Of a stretch of 64,000 nt of DNA, positions 50,905 through 60,137 are shown piece by piece. The notes beneath the pieces were generated by a model. It saw only the letters and a list, made by a program, of their open reading frames with translations, did not search any database and was not told the DNA's origin. The stretch's first letter is position 1. Each line of letters begins with the position of its first letter. The DNA is from Cenarchaeum sp. (GTDB lineage Archaea; Thermoproteota; Nitrososphaeria; Nitrososphaerales; Nitrosopumilaceae): NCBI GenBank assembly GCA_963693095.2, contig OY843768.1, positions 928,001 through 992,000 on the forward strand. The letters run 5' to 3'. A program made the translations under genes and the position numbers.

Positions 50905-52511
50905 CAGCAGACGCAAGGGCGGCAGGAGCGCCAGACGGTCCCGGCGTGTACATCATGCACGATGCAGAGGACACCGTGATCTATATCGGCAAGGCAAAGA
51001 ACCTCAAGAACCGCGTCTCGTCATACTTTGTGGGCGCACATGACACAAAGACAGAGCACCTCATCGAAAAGGTCGCCAGGATAGAGTATGTCCTGACGTC
51101 AAGTGACATTGAGGCGTTTCTCCTAGAGTCCAATTTCATAAAGCGATACAGGCCACAGTACAACATTGAGCTAAAGGACCAGCAGCGATACACGTACCTG
51201 CGCATAACGGACGAAAAGTATCCGCGCCTAGCCGTCACGCGGCGCACGCGCAAGGGCGACTTTGTCGGAAAGGGTCGCGTGTACGGGCCGTTCGCGCGCG
51301 GAAGCTCCAAGGTCCTGACGATAGGCTCGCTGCGAAAGGCATTCAAGGTTCGCATATGCAAGACGCTCCCAAAGAGGGCATGCCTGGAGTATCACCTCGG
51401 AAACTGCGATGCGCCATGCGAGTTCGAGGATGCGCAGCGCGAGTACGCAGGCCACATGGATGACCTAAAGGCCGTCCTTCGCGGCGGCGAGGCGGCGCGC
51501 AAGTTTGCCGCACGCCTGCGCTCCGAGATGGAGGAGGCATCGGCATCGCTCCAGTTCGAGCGCGCAATCGGCATACGCGACACGCTAGAGCGCCTCGGGG
51601 CCCTCCATGAGGGCCAGAACGTCGAGCGTCCAGCAACCACGCCTGATGAGGACTATGTCGGGGTGCGCACGGACGACTCTGGGCAGACTGCACTAGTCAT
51701 GACGATGAGGGGGGTTCGCGGCGTCATACGCGACACAGAAAGGTTTGAGTTTGACCTTGTGGCAGACAACACGCTGGCAAGCTTTGTCTACCAGTACTAT
51801 ACGACACGCGAGGTTCCTCGCTATATCGTCGCAAGCGAGGAGCCAGGGGACGCCAGGACGCTAGAGGCCGCGCTAGGCGAGGCGTGTGGCCATGATGTCT
51901 CTGTCGTCGTGCCAAGGAGCGGCAAGAGACGCAATGTCATCGACATGATACTTCGAAGTCTCGATGTCGTGCGGACCGCGCGCCTCGCGCCAGGCCTCGC
52001 CGAGCTGCGTGATGCGCTGGGCATGGCGCGCGCGCCGCGCACGATAGAGTGCTTTGACATATCAAACCACGGCGATGACTATGCCGTAGGCGCAATGTCG
52101 CGCCTCGTTGACGGCGAGCCGGACAGGTCAGGGTACAGGAACTTTCGCATAAGAACGGTCAGTGGACGCGATGACTATGCGATGATAGCCGAGGTAGTTC
52201 GCCGTCGCTACTCGCGCCTAGCTGATGAGGGCGCCGCAATGCCTGACCTTGTGCTAATCGACGGCGGAAAGGGGCAGCTCGGCGCGGCGCTTGGCGCCCT
52301 GGAGGACGTTGGCGTGAGCCTCACGTGCGCGTCGATCGCAAAACGTGAGGAGGAGGTCTTTGTCGCCGGCTCAGACGCGCCACTACGCCTTGACAGGCAT
52401 GGTGCGGCCCTTCACACGCTCCAGCGCGCACGCGATGAGGCGCACAGGATCGGCGTGAGGCACAACCGCAGGCTGCGCGCGCCTAGGACCGCACGACGCG
52501 GCCGCGCCTGA
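50901..52511 (+). CDS. uvrC: Excinuclease ABC subunit C (no C-terminal HhH)
   Basis: GIY-YIG PGVY..YIGKAKNL, ECFDIS, DDYAM, LIDGGKGQ, RDEAHR. Confidence 0.95.
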   Translation: MTADARAAGAPDGPGVYIMHDAEDTVIYIGKAKNLKNRVSSYFVGAHDTKTEHLIEKVARIEYVLTSSDIEAFLLESNFIKRYRPQYNIELKDQQRYTYLRITDEKYPRLAVTRRTRKGDFVGKGRVYGPFARGSSKVLTIGSLRKAFKVRICKTLPKRACLEYHLGNCDAPCEFEDAQREYAGHMDDLKAVLRGGEAARKFAARLRSEMEEASASLQFERAIGIRDTLERLGALHEGQNVERPATTPDEDYVGVRTDDSGQTALVMTMRGVRGVIRDTERFEFDLVADNTLASFVYQYYTTREVPRYIVASEEPGDARTLEAALGEACGHDVSVVVPRSGKRRNVIDMILRSLDVVRTARLAPGLAELRDALGMARAPRTIECFDISNHGDDYAVGAMSRLVDGEPDRSGYRNFRIRTVSGRDDYAMIAEVVRRRYSRLADEGAAMPDLVLIDGGKGQLGAALGALEDVGVSLTCASIAKREEEVFVAGSDAPLRLDRHGAALHTLQRARDEAHRIGVRHNRRLRAPRTARRGRA

Positions 52512-53121
52512 GGCGAACCCTCCCGTCTGCGACCATCGAGGCGGCCTCGACGTACGCGCGGTGCTCTTGTGCGAGTATCCTCGCAGACAAGGTGTCCTCG
52601 GTGTCACCGTCGAGCACGCGCACTGCGCGCTGCGTGATTATCGGTCCCGTGTCGACACCGCCATCAACAAAGTGTACAGTGCATCCCGTGACGCGAACGC
52701 CACGACTTAGCGCCTGGCGCTGCGCCCCAAGGCCCGGAAACGACGGGAGGAGTGCAGGATGAACGTTGAGAAGGCGCCCCCTGTATGCGGCGACGAGCTC
52801 GGGGCCGACTATGCGCATAAAGCCCGCAAGGCAGACGAGTCCGGCCTGCGGCGTGACGCCGTGGCGCCTCAGCGCAGAGGCCACAAGCCGGTCATACTCG
52901 AGCCGGCTGCCCGAAAAGCCCGCACTCGGCACAGTCTCGGTTCTCACTCCCATCTTGCGCGCGACCTCTAGTCCGCGCGCATCCTCCCTGCTAGATATGA
53001 CGACGCGCGGCTCGGCGCGCATGCGGCCAGACGCGGCGGCGCGGAGGAGCGAGGCCATGTTGCTGCCCCTCCCCGATATGAGCACGGCGAGGCGCATGGG
53101 GCCGCGCGGCGATGATGCCAT
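52483..53121 (-). CDS. purN: Phosphoribosylglycinamide formyltransferase
   Basis: ISGRGSN, LAGFMR, NVHPALLP, HFVDGGVDTGPI. Confidence 0.95.
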   Translation of the reverse strand: MASSPRGPMRLAVLISGRGSNMASLLRAAASGRMRAEPRVVISSREDARGLEVARKMGVRTETVPSAGFSGSRLEYDRLVASALRRHGVTPQAGLVCLAGFMRIVGPELVAAYRGRLLNVHPALLPSFPGLGAQRQALSRGVRVTGCTVHFVDGGVDTGPIITQRAVRVLDGDTEDTLSARILAQEHRAYVEAASMVADGRVRLRRGRVVRS

Positions 53122-53333
53122 GCCCTATGCCACCTGCCCCGCACGCAGGGCAGCGACCGGCCATCCATGGTGCCCCTGACCCATGGCAGGAGGCGGCCGC
53201 ACGGCGGCATATAACCCTCATTGGGCGCAGCACACGGCTCCGGCCGCACTCCTAGGTCCATATGCCGCACACAACAGGTCAGCTCTGCGTCAATGGTGGA
53301 GTTTATAGCAAATCCACACGGCGTGATCGCCTG

Positions 53334-54356
53334 ATGGAGCCAACAGTCACCATGGGGAGCCGCGGAATCGTCTGCCACACCAGGGGCCGCGACGTTCACC
53401 TCGATCCCTCCGGTCCCGTGGGCGGCCAGACCGCGTTCGTCTCACACGCGCACTCTGACCACCTCCCCCCGTCAGGCACGCAGGCCATTGCGTCAGCCGA
53501 GACGCGCGAGCTCGCCGGCGCCAGGGACGTGTCGCTCCACGGCGCCGAGGACGGGAGCCTCACGATGGTCGATGCGGGGCACATACTCGGCTCGCGCGGG
53601 CTGCTCTTTGATGACATATTTTACACGGGTGACATTTGCACGCGCGCACGCGCGTTCATGCGCGGGGCGCAGGTCCCGAGATGCAAGACGCTCATAACCG
53701 AGACGACGTTTGGGCTTCCGTCATTCTCGTTTCCCGAACCTGCCGAGGTCGCAAGGAGGGTCAACGGGATAATATCGTCCATGTTTGAGCGCGGAAGGCC
53801 AGTGGTCCTCATGGGGTACCAGCTAGGAAAGGCCCAGCTCCTAGCGCACATGTTTGGGCACTGGGCGCCGCTCTATGCGCATGACTCGATAAAGGCGATA
53901 AATGACGTGCATGCAAGGATTGGGGTTCGCCTTCCAGAGACCGTGGGCCACACAGAAGCCGAGTCGCGCGGGCTCCTCGAGCGCGGGCCATGGGTCATGA
54001 TATCGCCGATGGCCACATCAAGGGACGGGTTTGTCGCCGGCCTGCAGAAAAAGTATGGTGCCGCAACCGTGGCATTTAGCGGATGGGCTGGATCCGGCCA
54101 TGCTGCGGCACGGCGCGGCGCAGACTATACCGTGCCGCTAAGCGACCATTGTGACTTTGGCGAGCTCGTGGGCATGGTTGTCGCTAGCGGCGCCGAGACT
54201 GTATACACGACACACGGGTATGTCGACGAGTTTAGCGCGCACCTGCGCTCGATGGGAATTGACGCAAGGCCGCTCTCAAGGCAGCGGGCTGAACGGGTCG
54301 CGCCGTCCACGCGTGGGGCGCGAGCCCGTCGTGGCCGCAGGGCACTCAACGGTTAA
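53334..54356 (+). CDS. MBL-fold (beta-CASP-like) nuclease
   Basis: SHAHSDH, AGHILGS, YTGD, ETTFG, LSDHCDF, THG. Confidence 0.85.
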   Translation: MEPTVTMGSRGIVCHTRGRDVHLDPSGPVGGQTAFVSHAHSDHLPPSGTQAIASAETRELAGARDVSLHGAEDGSLTMVDAGHILGSRGLLFDDIFYTGDICTRARAFMRGAQVPRCKTLITETTFGLPSFSFPEPAEVARRVNGIISSMFERGRPVVLMGYQLGKAQLLAHMFGHWAPLYAHDSIKAINDVHARIGVRLPETVGHTEAESRGLLERGPWVMISPMATSRDGFVAGLQKKYGAATVAFSGWAGSGHAAARRGADYTVPLSDHCDFGELVGMVVASGAETVYTTHGYVDEFSAHLRSMGIDARPLSRQRAERVAPSTRGARARRGRRALNG

Positions 54357-54385
54357 TTAACCGCCCCGCCGGCGCGCCGCCTAGT

Positions 54386-54489
54386 GCCGGGGTCGCCTAG
54401 CCTGGTAGGGCGCGCGCCTGGAAACCTGCATGGGCCTCAGAGCGCGTATCTTAATCGGTACGGGAGTTCGAATCTCCCCCCCGGCGCCA
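54386..54489 (+). tRNA. tRNA-Ser(GGA) with 17-nt intron (about 54424-54440) and encoded CCA
   Basis: Acceptor GCCGGGG/CCCCGGC, anticodon stem CGCGC/GCGCG with CT-GGA-A, long variable arm, T arm GGGAG-TTCGAAT-CTCCC, G73. Confidence 0.88.
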
Positions 54490-54525
54490 AAACAGCAATT
54501 ACAGGGACGCCTCAGGCGTGCTGCG

Positions 54526-55821
54526 ATGGCGAGATTTGACGTCGCAATTGTGGGCGCAGGCGTGCTCGGCGCGTGCGTCGCGTACTGGGTGTCATCAGCG
54601 TGCCGCGGCTCTGTCTGTGTCCTAGAGGCCGAGGAGATGCCGGCTGCCCATGCGAGCTCGCGCAACACGGGCGTCGTCCACTCGCCGTTCTACCTAGATC
54701 CCCGCACGCGCGCTGACATGGCCTCTGCAATGGTCACATCGAGGCCAATGTGGAGGCGCCTCGCCGAGCGCGCCGGTGCGCCATGGTCAGAGGTCGGCGT
54801 GATGGAGGTCGCAGTTGGCGAGTCGCAGCGCAGCACGCTAGAGCGCCACATGGAATGGGGCAGCGCAAACGGAATGCCCGACGGCGAGCTCGAACTGCTC
54901 GACGGGCGCGACGTGGAGGCCGCAGAGCCCAACATCAGGTGCAGTGCTGCCCTGCGATGCGCAACAGAGGCGGCAACTGACTATGCGCACCTGACGCGCG
55001 CAGTGATTGGAGAGGCCGAGTCAAACGGGGCAAAGTTTGCCTTTGGGCACGACGTGTCGCGCATTGAGGAGTCTGGATCTGGCCATGCGCTAGTCACGCA
55101 GGATGGGACGCGAATCGAGGCCGGACTCGTCATAAACTGTGCCGGTGCGCGCTCACTTGACGTTGCGCGAATGGCAGGCCAGGCCGAGGGCCACACCGCG
55201 CTGCACTTTCGTGGCGAGTACTGGCAGGCCGCAGTTGAGCATGCCGGCCTAGTCGGCACGTCTGTCTATTCGGTTCCGCGCTATCCCGAGTACCCCTTTC
55301 TTGACCCGCACTGGATCGTCAGGGCAGACGGGCGCGCCGAGATTGGGCCCAACGCAGTTCCCGTGGCCGGGCCGCTCGCGTACACGGGCTCGGGCGGCCC
55401 GCGCGCAATTGTCTCAAAGCTCGGCGAGGTCCTCTCGGGGAGCGCCTCGCGCATCCTGCGCGATCCCGAATTTTTGCGCATGGCCGCCTCGGAGTGGCGC
55501 AGCTCCATGTCCAGGGCAGCGATGGTCTCGCGCATCCGCGCATTTGTGCCGTCGGCGCGCGAGGAGATGTTCCCGCGCAACGGAATAGCAGGCATACGAA
55601 CGCCCATCGTGGGGCCGGACGGAAAGATGTCGACTGAGACGATCGAGATTTTTGCCGAGTCCGCATGCAGCGTGATAAACTACAACTCGCCGGGCGCAAC
55701 TGGCGCACCGGCGTATGCCGCGCGCCTCGTCGCGAGGCTGCGCGAGGGCGGATACCTCCACGGGGATGGAGGCGACGGGGAGCGCGTGTGGACAGAGGCC
55801 GAGGCGCTGCGGCAAGGTTAA
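54526..55821 (+). CDS. FAD-dependent oxidoreductase (L-2-hydroxyglutarate oxidase-like)
   Basis: VGAGVLG, HASSRNTGVVH, FRGEY, GPNA, NSPGAT. Confidence 0.85.
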   Translation: MARFDVAIVGAGVLGACVAYWVSSACRGSVCVLEAEEMPAAHASSRNTGVVHSPFYLDPRTRADMASAMVTSRPMWRRLAERAGAPWSEVGVMEVAVGESQRSTLERHMEWGSANGMPDGELELLDGRDVEAAEPNIRCSAALRCATEAATDYAHLTRAVIGEAESNGAKFAFGHDVSRIEESGSGHALVTQDGTRIEAGLVINCAGARSLDVARMAGQAEGHTALHFRGEYWQAAVEHAGLVGTSVYSVPRYPEYPFLDPHWIVRADGRAEIGPNAVPVAGPLAYTGSGGPRAIVSKLGEVLSGSASRILRDPEFLRMAASEWRSSMSRAAMVSRIRAFVPSAREEMFPRNGIAGIRTPIVGPDGKMSTETIEIFAESACSVINYNSPGATGAPAYAARLVARLREGGYLHGDGGDGERVWTEAEALRQG

Positions 55822-55852
55822 TACCGCACCCCGCCCACGTGCGGCATCGATG

Positions 55853-56110
55853 ATGCCTAGCACGTGCTCTGTTGGCGAGAAGGGCAGGCGGTGCCCCAAT
55901 GCGCCCACAAAGGTCATCTCCATAGAGTCAACTGACGGCGAGTACATGGTCGGCGTGTCATGCGAGCGCCATGCCGCAGCCATGCGAGCTCGCGTCATGG
56001 CCCTGCAGCGCCTCGGCAGCATCAGGGAAGGCAGCGTGCGCCTAGCGCCGCTTAGCGCAGTGGGAACCGACTGCATCAGGGGGGACGGCGATGACCTCAT
56101 CATGCCATGA
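55853..56110 (+). CDS. Small Cys-rich hypothetical protein
   Basis: MPSTCSV..CPNAP..YMVGVSCERH..VGTDCI. Confidence 0.6.
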   Translation: MPSTCSVGEKGRRCPNAPTKVISIESTDGEYMVGVSCERHAAAMRARVMALQRLGSIREGSVRLAPLSAVGTDCIRGDGDDLIMP

Positions 56111-56149
56111 TGGGCGCGTGGCGTTGAGCCCGCGCCCTGGAGGCCATGC

Positions 56150-56623
56150 GTGGACGTGGGTGCGATGTGGAGAATAGAGCGCGAGGAGGACTATTACAGG
56201 ATATACGACTCTAGGAGGGACATTGCCGCATACCTGGATCCCGACTATGGCCTCTCCTATGACGACGAGGGCGTCGATGAAAAGATCGACGAGATGGTTC
56301 GCCGCGGGAGCAGCGTTCGCGGCGGGTATGTCATGGTTCCAATGGCAAAGTTTGGCATATTTGACACTGACTATAACGCGAATATCGCAAGCCTCCAGGA
56401 GAGCCTAGGCGGCGTGGTGAGCCGCGTGGAGCGCTGGCGCGAGTTCGCCGAGTCGTGGCCCGGCGGTGCAGAGCACCATGTGCGCATATCGCACACGGAT
56501 CATGACATGCTCAGCGTCACGTTCTATGTGCCGTTTGGGCGCGACGTGCGCCTCAAAAATGACGAGCTCATCGAGGCCGTGACCCCAATGCTCGACGAGC
56601 TTGCAAAAAGGAGCCTGCTCTAG
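56150..56623 (+). CDS. Hypothetical protein
   Basis: Clean 157-aa ORF with host-like codon use. Confidence 0.6.
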   Translation: MDVGAMWRIEREEDYYRIYDSRRDIAAYLDPDYGLSYDDEGVDEKIDEMVRRGSSVRGGYVMVPMAKFGIFDTDYNANIASLQESLGGVVSRVERWREFAESWPGGAEHHVRISHTDHDMLSVTFYVPFGRDVRLKNDELIEAVTPMLDELAKRSLL

Positions 56624-57114
56624 CCGGCAGGCCTGCCGCGCTGCGCGTCAGCAAAGGCCGAGAGGGCCTCAGACTCATACTCGAAGGCGTCCTGCAGCAG
56701 CGCATCAGAGCGCGACCTGCTAGACTCATCACGCAGGCGAACCCACTCTGCGTGCGCCTCATCGCTGTCGCGCTGCGACACAGCAGAGAGCTCAAACAGC
56801 CTGACTGCCGCACCAAATCCCTGCGGCGCATCAAGGGATGAGTATCGCGCGACAATGCCATCCATGCGATCCAGGTGCATGTCATAGTATTCCAGCATTG
56901 CGGCATCAGTCATGTTGCCCGCACTCCACGCGCGTGTGCGCAGCGCAAGGGCGTCCTGCGCGGCCTTTAGATCGTCTTGCGTGTTGAGGAGCGAGTTTCC
57001 AAACATGAGTCCGGCAACACGAACCTGCTCGCGCGTGTGGTGCGTATAGGCTGCTGCGACCACGATTACTGCAATGACGCCGGCGGCAATTATGATCTTT
57101 TGCGTGTCATTCAA
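56620..57114 (-). CDS. Membrane-anchored helical hypothetical protein
   Basis: N-terminal TM KIIIAAGVIAVIVVAAAY. Confidence 0.65.
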   Translation of the reverse strand: MNDTQKIIIAAGVIAVIVVAAAYTHHTREQVRVAGLMFGNSLLNTQDDLKAAQDALALRTRAWSAGNMTDAAMLEYYDMHLDRMDGIVARYSSLDAPQGFGAAVRLFELSAVSQRDSDEAHAEWVRLRDESSRSRSDALLQDAFEYESEALSAFADAQRGRPAG

Positions 57115-57116
57115 GG

Positions 57117-57410
57117 CTATCCGACATAATGGCCGTGCTCGTCTGTCACGAGGTCGATCGTCATCTCGGTTCCGCTGATGAACGAATCGTTGCGTATTGT
57201 CCTCACGCGGCCGACATCAAGGTGATGGGGCCAGATCTCCACGACGATGGCGCCCACCTCGATCTCATCAGGCGCGTCAGTCAGGACAATGTCCTCGGCG
57301 CGCACGCCATGGTCCTGCAGCTTTTTGAGCGCGTGCTCGACGAGGGGTTCGGGATTGTTGTGGTTTATCGCCCACACCTTGCCAGTGTAGGAGATTGCGG
57401 CCTCTGGCAA
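57117..57410 (-). CDS. Conserved hypothetical protein
   Basis: Operon-like spacing with neighbours (2-3 nt gaps). Confidence 0.6.
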   Translation of the reverse strand: MPEAAISYTGKVWAINHNNPEPLVEHALKKLQDHGVRAEDIVLTDAPDEIEVGAIVVEIWPHHLDVGRVRTIRNDSFISGTEMTIDLVTDEHGHYVG

Positions 57411-57413
57411 TAC

Positions 57414-57650
57414 TCACTCCTCGCTTATCACGTTTAGCGTGATCGTGCTCACGACGCGCGTGAGCTTGCGTATGCGCGTGGCCACTGTCCTCTCAAACTC
57501 CTCAGTCGTCGGCGTCTCGACCTCGGCGATAATGTCGTACGCCCCAAAGGTGAGGCGTGCCGTCTTTACGCCGGGTATTCGCGATATCTCCTCGAGGACG
57601 TACTCTTCGGCCCCAAGGTCACAGTTGAGTAGCACATATCCGGCGTGCAT
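57414..57650 (-). CDS. Lrp/AsnC ligand-binding domain protein
   Basis: YVLLNCDLG, TFGAYDIIAEV, IRKLTRVVSTITL. Confidence 0.88.
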   Translation of the reverse strand: MHAGYVLLNCDLGAEEYVLEEISRIPGVKTARLTFGAYDIIAEVETPTTEEFERTVATRIRKLTRVVSTITLNVISEE

Positions 57651-57690
57651 TGCGCAACGCGCCCATCAAGGCCACTTTAAAGCGTGTCGG

Positions 57691-59097
57691 CTACCAGCGG
57701 CTGCGAAGGCCGCGATAGTCCCTCTTTGCGCCACGAAAGCTGCGCGGTGGGCCGCCACTGCGGCCGCCTCCCTCGCGGCCGCCGCCCTCGCGCCTGCCAC
57801 CCTCACGGCCGCCACGTGAGCCCCCACGGTCACGGCCACGCGGCCCGTCGCGGTCACGGCCACGGCCCCTAAAGCCACCGCGCCTTTGGGGCCCTCGCTG
57901 GCCAAATCGTGAGCCTGCGCGCGGAACGTCGCGCTTTAGGCGGTCAGGTATGTTGACCTCTATTCCCAGCGACGCGTTGAGGTCAGTCATGTCGACCTTT
58001 ACCTGCCGCTTTATGATGTTAAAGTCGCCCACTGACGAGTATGAGACTAGCGTGATCGCGCGTCCCTTGGCGCCTGCGCGCGCCGTGCGCCCGATGCGGT
58101 GAAAGTAGACCATCTCCTGGTTTGGCACGTCATAGTTGACGACGAGGGCGACCTCGGGCACATCGATTCCGCGCGCGGCGACATCAGTGGCCGCGAGTAT
58201 CTGGGCCTTGCCCTGGCGGAACTTTGACATGGAGTGCTCGCGCTTGTTTTGGGACATGTCCCCCTCGATTGCGACTGTGTCGAACTTTTCATCGCGCAGC
58301 ATCTTTGCGACATCGCGCGTGCGCCACTTTGTAGAGCAGAACACGATCGTCTGCCCCTCCCCGTTCTCGCGTATGAATTGCGTGAGATACTTCATCTTTT
58401 CGCGGTCGCGCAGAACCAGAAACGACTGGTCAATGCCCTCGCCGCTCAGGTCATCGGCATCAAGGAGAAACTGCTTTGGGTTGTTCAGGTACTCCTCGGC
58501 GAGCCGCAGGATTGGAACCGGCATCGTCGCCGAGAATAGCGACATGACCTTCTCCTTTGGAGTCTGCGCAAGGATAAACTCAATGTCCTCAACGAACCCC
58601 ATGTCGAGCATCGTGTCGGCCTCGTCGAGCACAACGTGCGCGACATGCTCGAGGCTCACTGACTCGCGCTCTATGTGGTCTATGAGTCGGCCCGGCGTGG
58701 CGACGACAATGTCGGCCCCGCGCTCGAGCTCGTCTAGCTGTCCGCCCATGCCGGCCCCGCCATATATCGCAACCACGCGCATGCCGGTGTGCCGGCCAAA
58801 CTTTTTGATCTCGGTCGTTATCTGGAGCGCAAGCTCGCGCGTTGGCGCCACGACGAGACCCTGGATTCCGTGACCTGGATCTATTGACTGGAGCATCGAT
58901 ATCGCGTATGCTGCTGTCTTGCCGGTTCCCGTGTGGGCCTGGCCGATAACGTCACGGCCAGAAAGCAAAACGGGTATGGCCGCCTCCTGTATCGGAAAGG
59001 CCTCCTCAAAGCCCTGTTCCACTAGGGCATCTAGTATGCTCTGCTTTATTCCAAGCTCCTCGAACCGTGTCATCTCTTCTTCTTCTTCTCTAGGCAA
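57691..59097 (-). CDS. DEAD-box RNA helicase with RG-rich tail
   Basis: Q motif, AHTGTGKT, PTRELA, DEAD, SAT, HRIGRTAR. Confidence 0.95.
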   Translation of the reverse strand: MPREEEEEMTRFEELGIKQSILDALVEQGFEEAFPIQEAAIPVLLSGRDVIGQAHTGTGKTAAYAISMLQSIDPGHGIQGLVVAPTRELALQITTEIKKFGRHTGMRVVAIYGGAGMGGQLDELERGADIVVATPGRLIDHIERESVSLEHVAHVVLDEADTMLDMGFVEDIEFILAQTPKEKVMSLFSATMPVPILRLAEEYLNNPKQFLLDADDLSGEGIDQSFLVLRDREKMKYLTQFIRENGEGQTIVFCSTKWRTRDVAKMLRDEKFDTVAIEGDMSQNKREHSMSKFRQGKAQILAATDVAARGIDVPEVALVVNYDVPNQEMVYFHRIGRTARAGAKGRAITLVSYSSVGDFNIIKRQVKVDMTDLNASLGIEVNIPDRLKRDVPRAGSRFGQRGPQRRGGFRGRGRDRDGPRGRDRGGSRGGREGGRREGGGREGGGRSGGPPRSFRGAKRDYRGLRSRW

Positions 59098-59193
59098 TGA
59101 CAGAGAAGGTCATTGCCGCTCCGCCATTATTCCGTTGGAGGGCGGCGATTTTGGCATATTTATAAACTATTCGCCCTAGAGGGGCTTGGGTGA

Positions 59194-59267
59194 AGCCAAT
59201 GGGGGGCTTTGAACCCCCGACCTTTCGCTTACAAGGCGAATGCTCTACCAGGCTGAGCTACATTGGC
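59194..59267 (-). tRNA. tRNA-Thr(TGT)
   Basis: GCCAATG/CATTGGC acceptor, TTCGC-CT-TGT-AA-GCGAA anticodon arm, GGGGG-TTCAAAG-CCCCC T arm. Confidence 0.95.
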
Positions 59268-59350
59268 GACAGCACCCACGCGCCGGGAGTCTTGTTTAAA
59301 CCGTTTGGAGACGCGCGAGTTTTATAGAGCCACAGGCGGCCGCGCAGCCA

Positions 59351-59548
59351 GTGCGTCGTCTAAAGCCCAAAAAGCTCAAGGTCATGCTCTACGCCTTTAT
59401 GGCCACTGGGGTGTTTGGCATAATCATGGGTCTAGTGACAGAGACCTTTTATGTGACGTTCCTAGGCACGATAAACCTCTGCCTCGGGGGCCTCGTCGGG
59501 TGGCTCTACCTGACGCGCCAGCCAAGGCGTGGCCGGCACCGCAATTAA
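59351..59548 (+). CDS. Small two-TM membrane protein
   Basis: Two hydrophobic helices with basic termini. Confidence 0.6.
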   Translation: MRRLKPKKLKVMLYAFMATGVFGIIMGLVTETFYVTFLGTINLCLGGLVGWLYLTRQPRRGRHRN

Positions 59549-59585
59549 GACATAAATACTGATGATCTTGCGCGCGCGCACAGAG

Positions 59586-60137
59586 TTGATTGATCTTGTG
59601 GCAAAGCGCCTCTTTCTCACAAAGGGAAAGGGCGTCCACGAGGATCGCCTGACGAGCTTTGAGTATGCGCTTCGCGATGCCGGCATTGCGGGCACAAACC
59701 TTGTCCTGATATCGAGCATATTCCCGCCAAAGGCAAAGCTCATCTCCAGAAAGGCCGGCCTCGCCGAGATAAAGGCCGGCCAGATACTCTTTACGATATA
59801 CTCCAAAAACCAGACAAACGAGCCACACCGGCTCTGTGCCGCATCAGTCGGCGTTGCGCAGCCAAAGGACACCAAGCGCTACGGGTACCTCTCCGAGTAC
59901 GACTCGTTTGGGCAGAACGAAAAGCAGGCCGGCGACTATGCCGAGGATGTCGCCGCGCAGATGCTCGCATCCTCGCTTGGGATAAAGTTTGACATTGACA
60001 AGAGCTGGGACGAAAAGAGGCAACAGTGGACGATATCGGGACAGATATACAAGACGTCAAACGTGACGCAGACGGCAAAGGGAGATCGCGGCGGCAAGTG
60101 GACAACGGTCTTTGCTGCTGCCGTGCTTTTATTCTAG
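59586..60137 (+). CDS. pdaD: Pyruvoyl-dependent arginine decarboxylase
   Basis: SFEYALRDAGI..NLVLISSIFPP self-cleavage site, YGYLSE, WTTVFAAAV. Confidence 0.9.
   Translation: MIDLVAKRLFLTKGKGVHEDRLTSFEYALRDAGIAGTNLVLISSIFPPKAKLISRKAGLAEIKAGQILFTIYSKNQTNEPHRLCAASVGVAQPKDTKRYGYLSEYDSFGQNEKQAGDYAEDVAAQMLASSLGIKFDIDKSWDEKRQQWTISGQIYKTSNVTQTAKGDRGGKWTTVFAAAVLLF

Noticed and set aside
52400-52511. UvrC truncation (missing HhH domain)
   Set aside because: The ORF ends cleanly after the RNase H-like domain; as I recall this short form is usual in thaumarchaea, and no frameshifted remainder is visible.
54430-54525. N-terminal extension of the FAD oxidoreductase ORF
   Set aside because: It overlaps tRNA-Ser; the Rossmann motif begins just after ATG 54526.
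57700-57900. GGREGG/RGRDR low-complexity repeats
   Set aside because: An ordinary RG-rich tail of a DEAD-box helicase.
54386-59267. tRNA-anchored integrated element between the two tRNAs
   Set aside because: No integrase, no duplicated tRNA 3' end seen, and the enclosed genes look like core genes.
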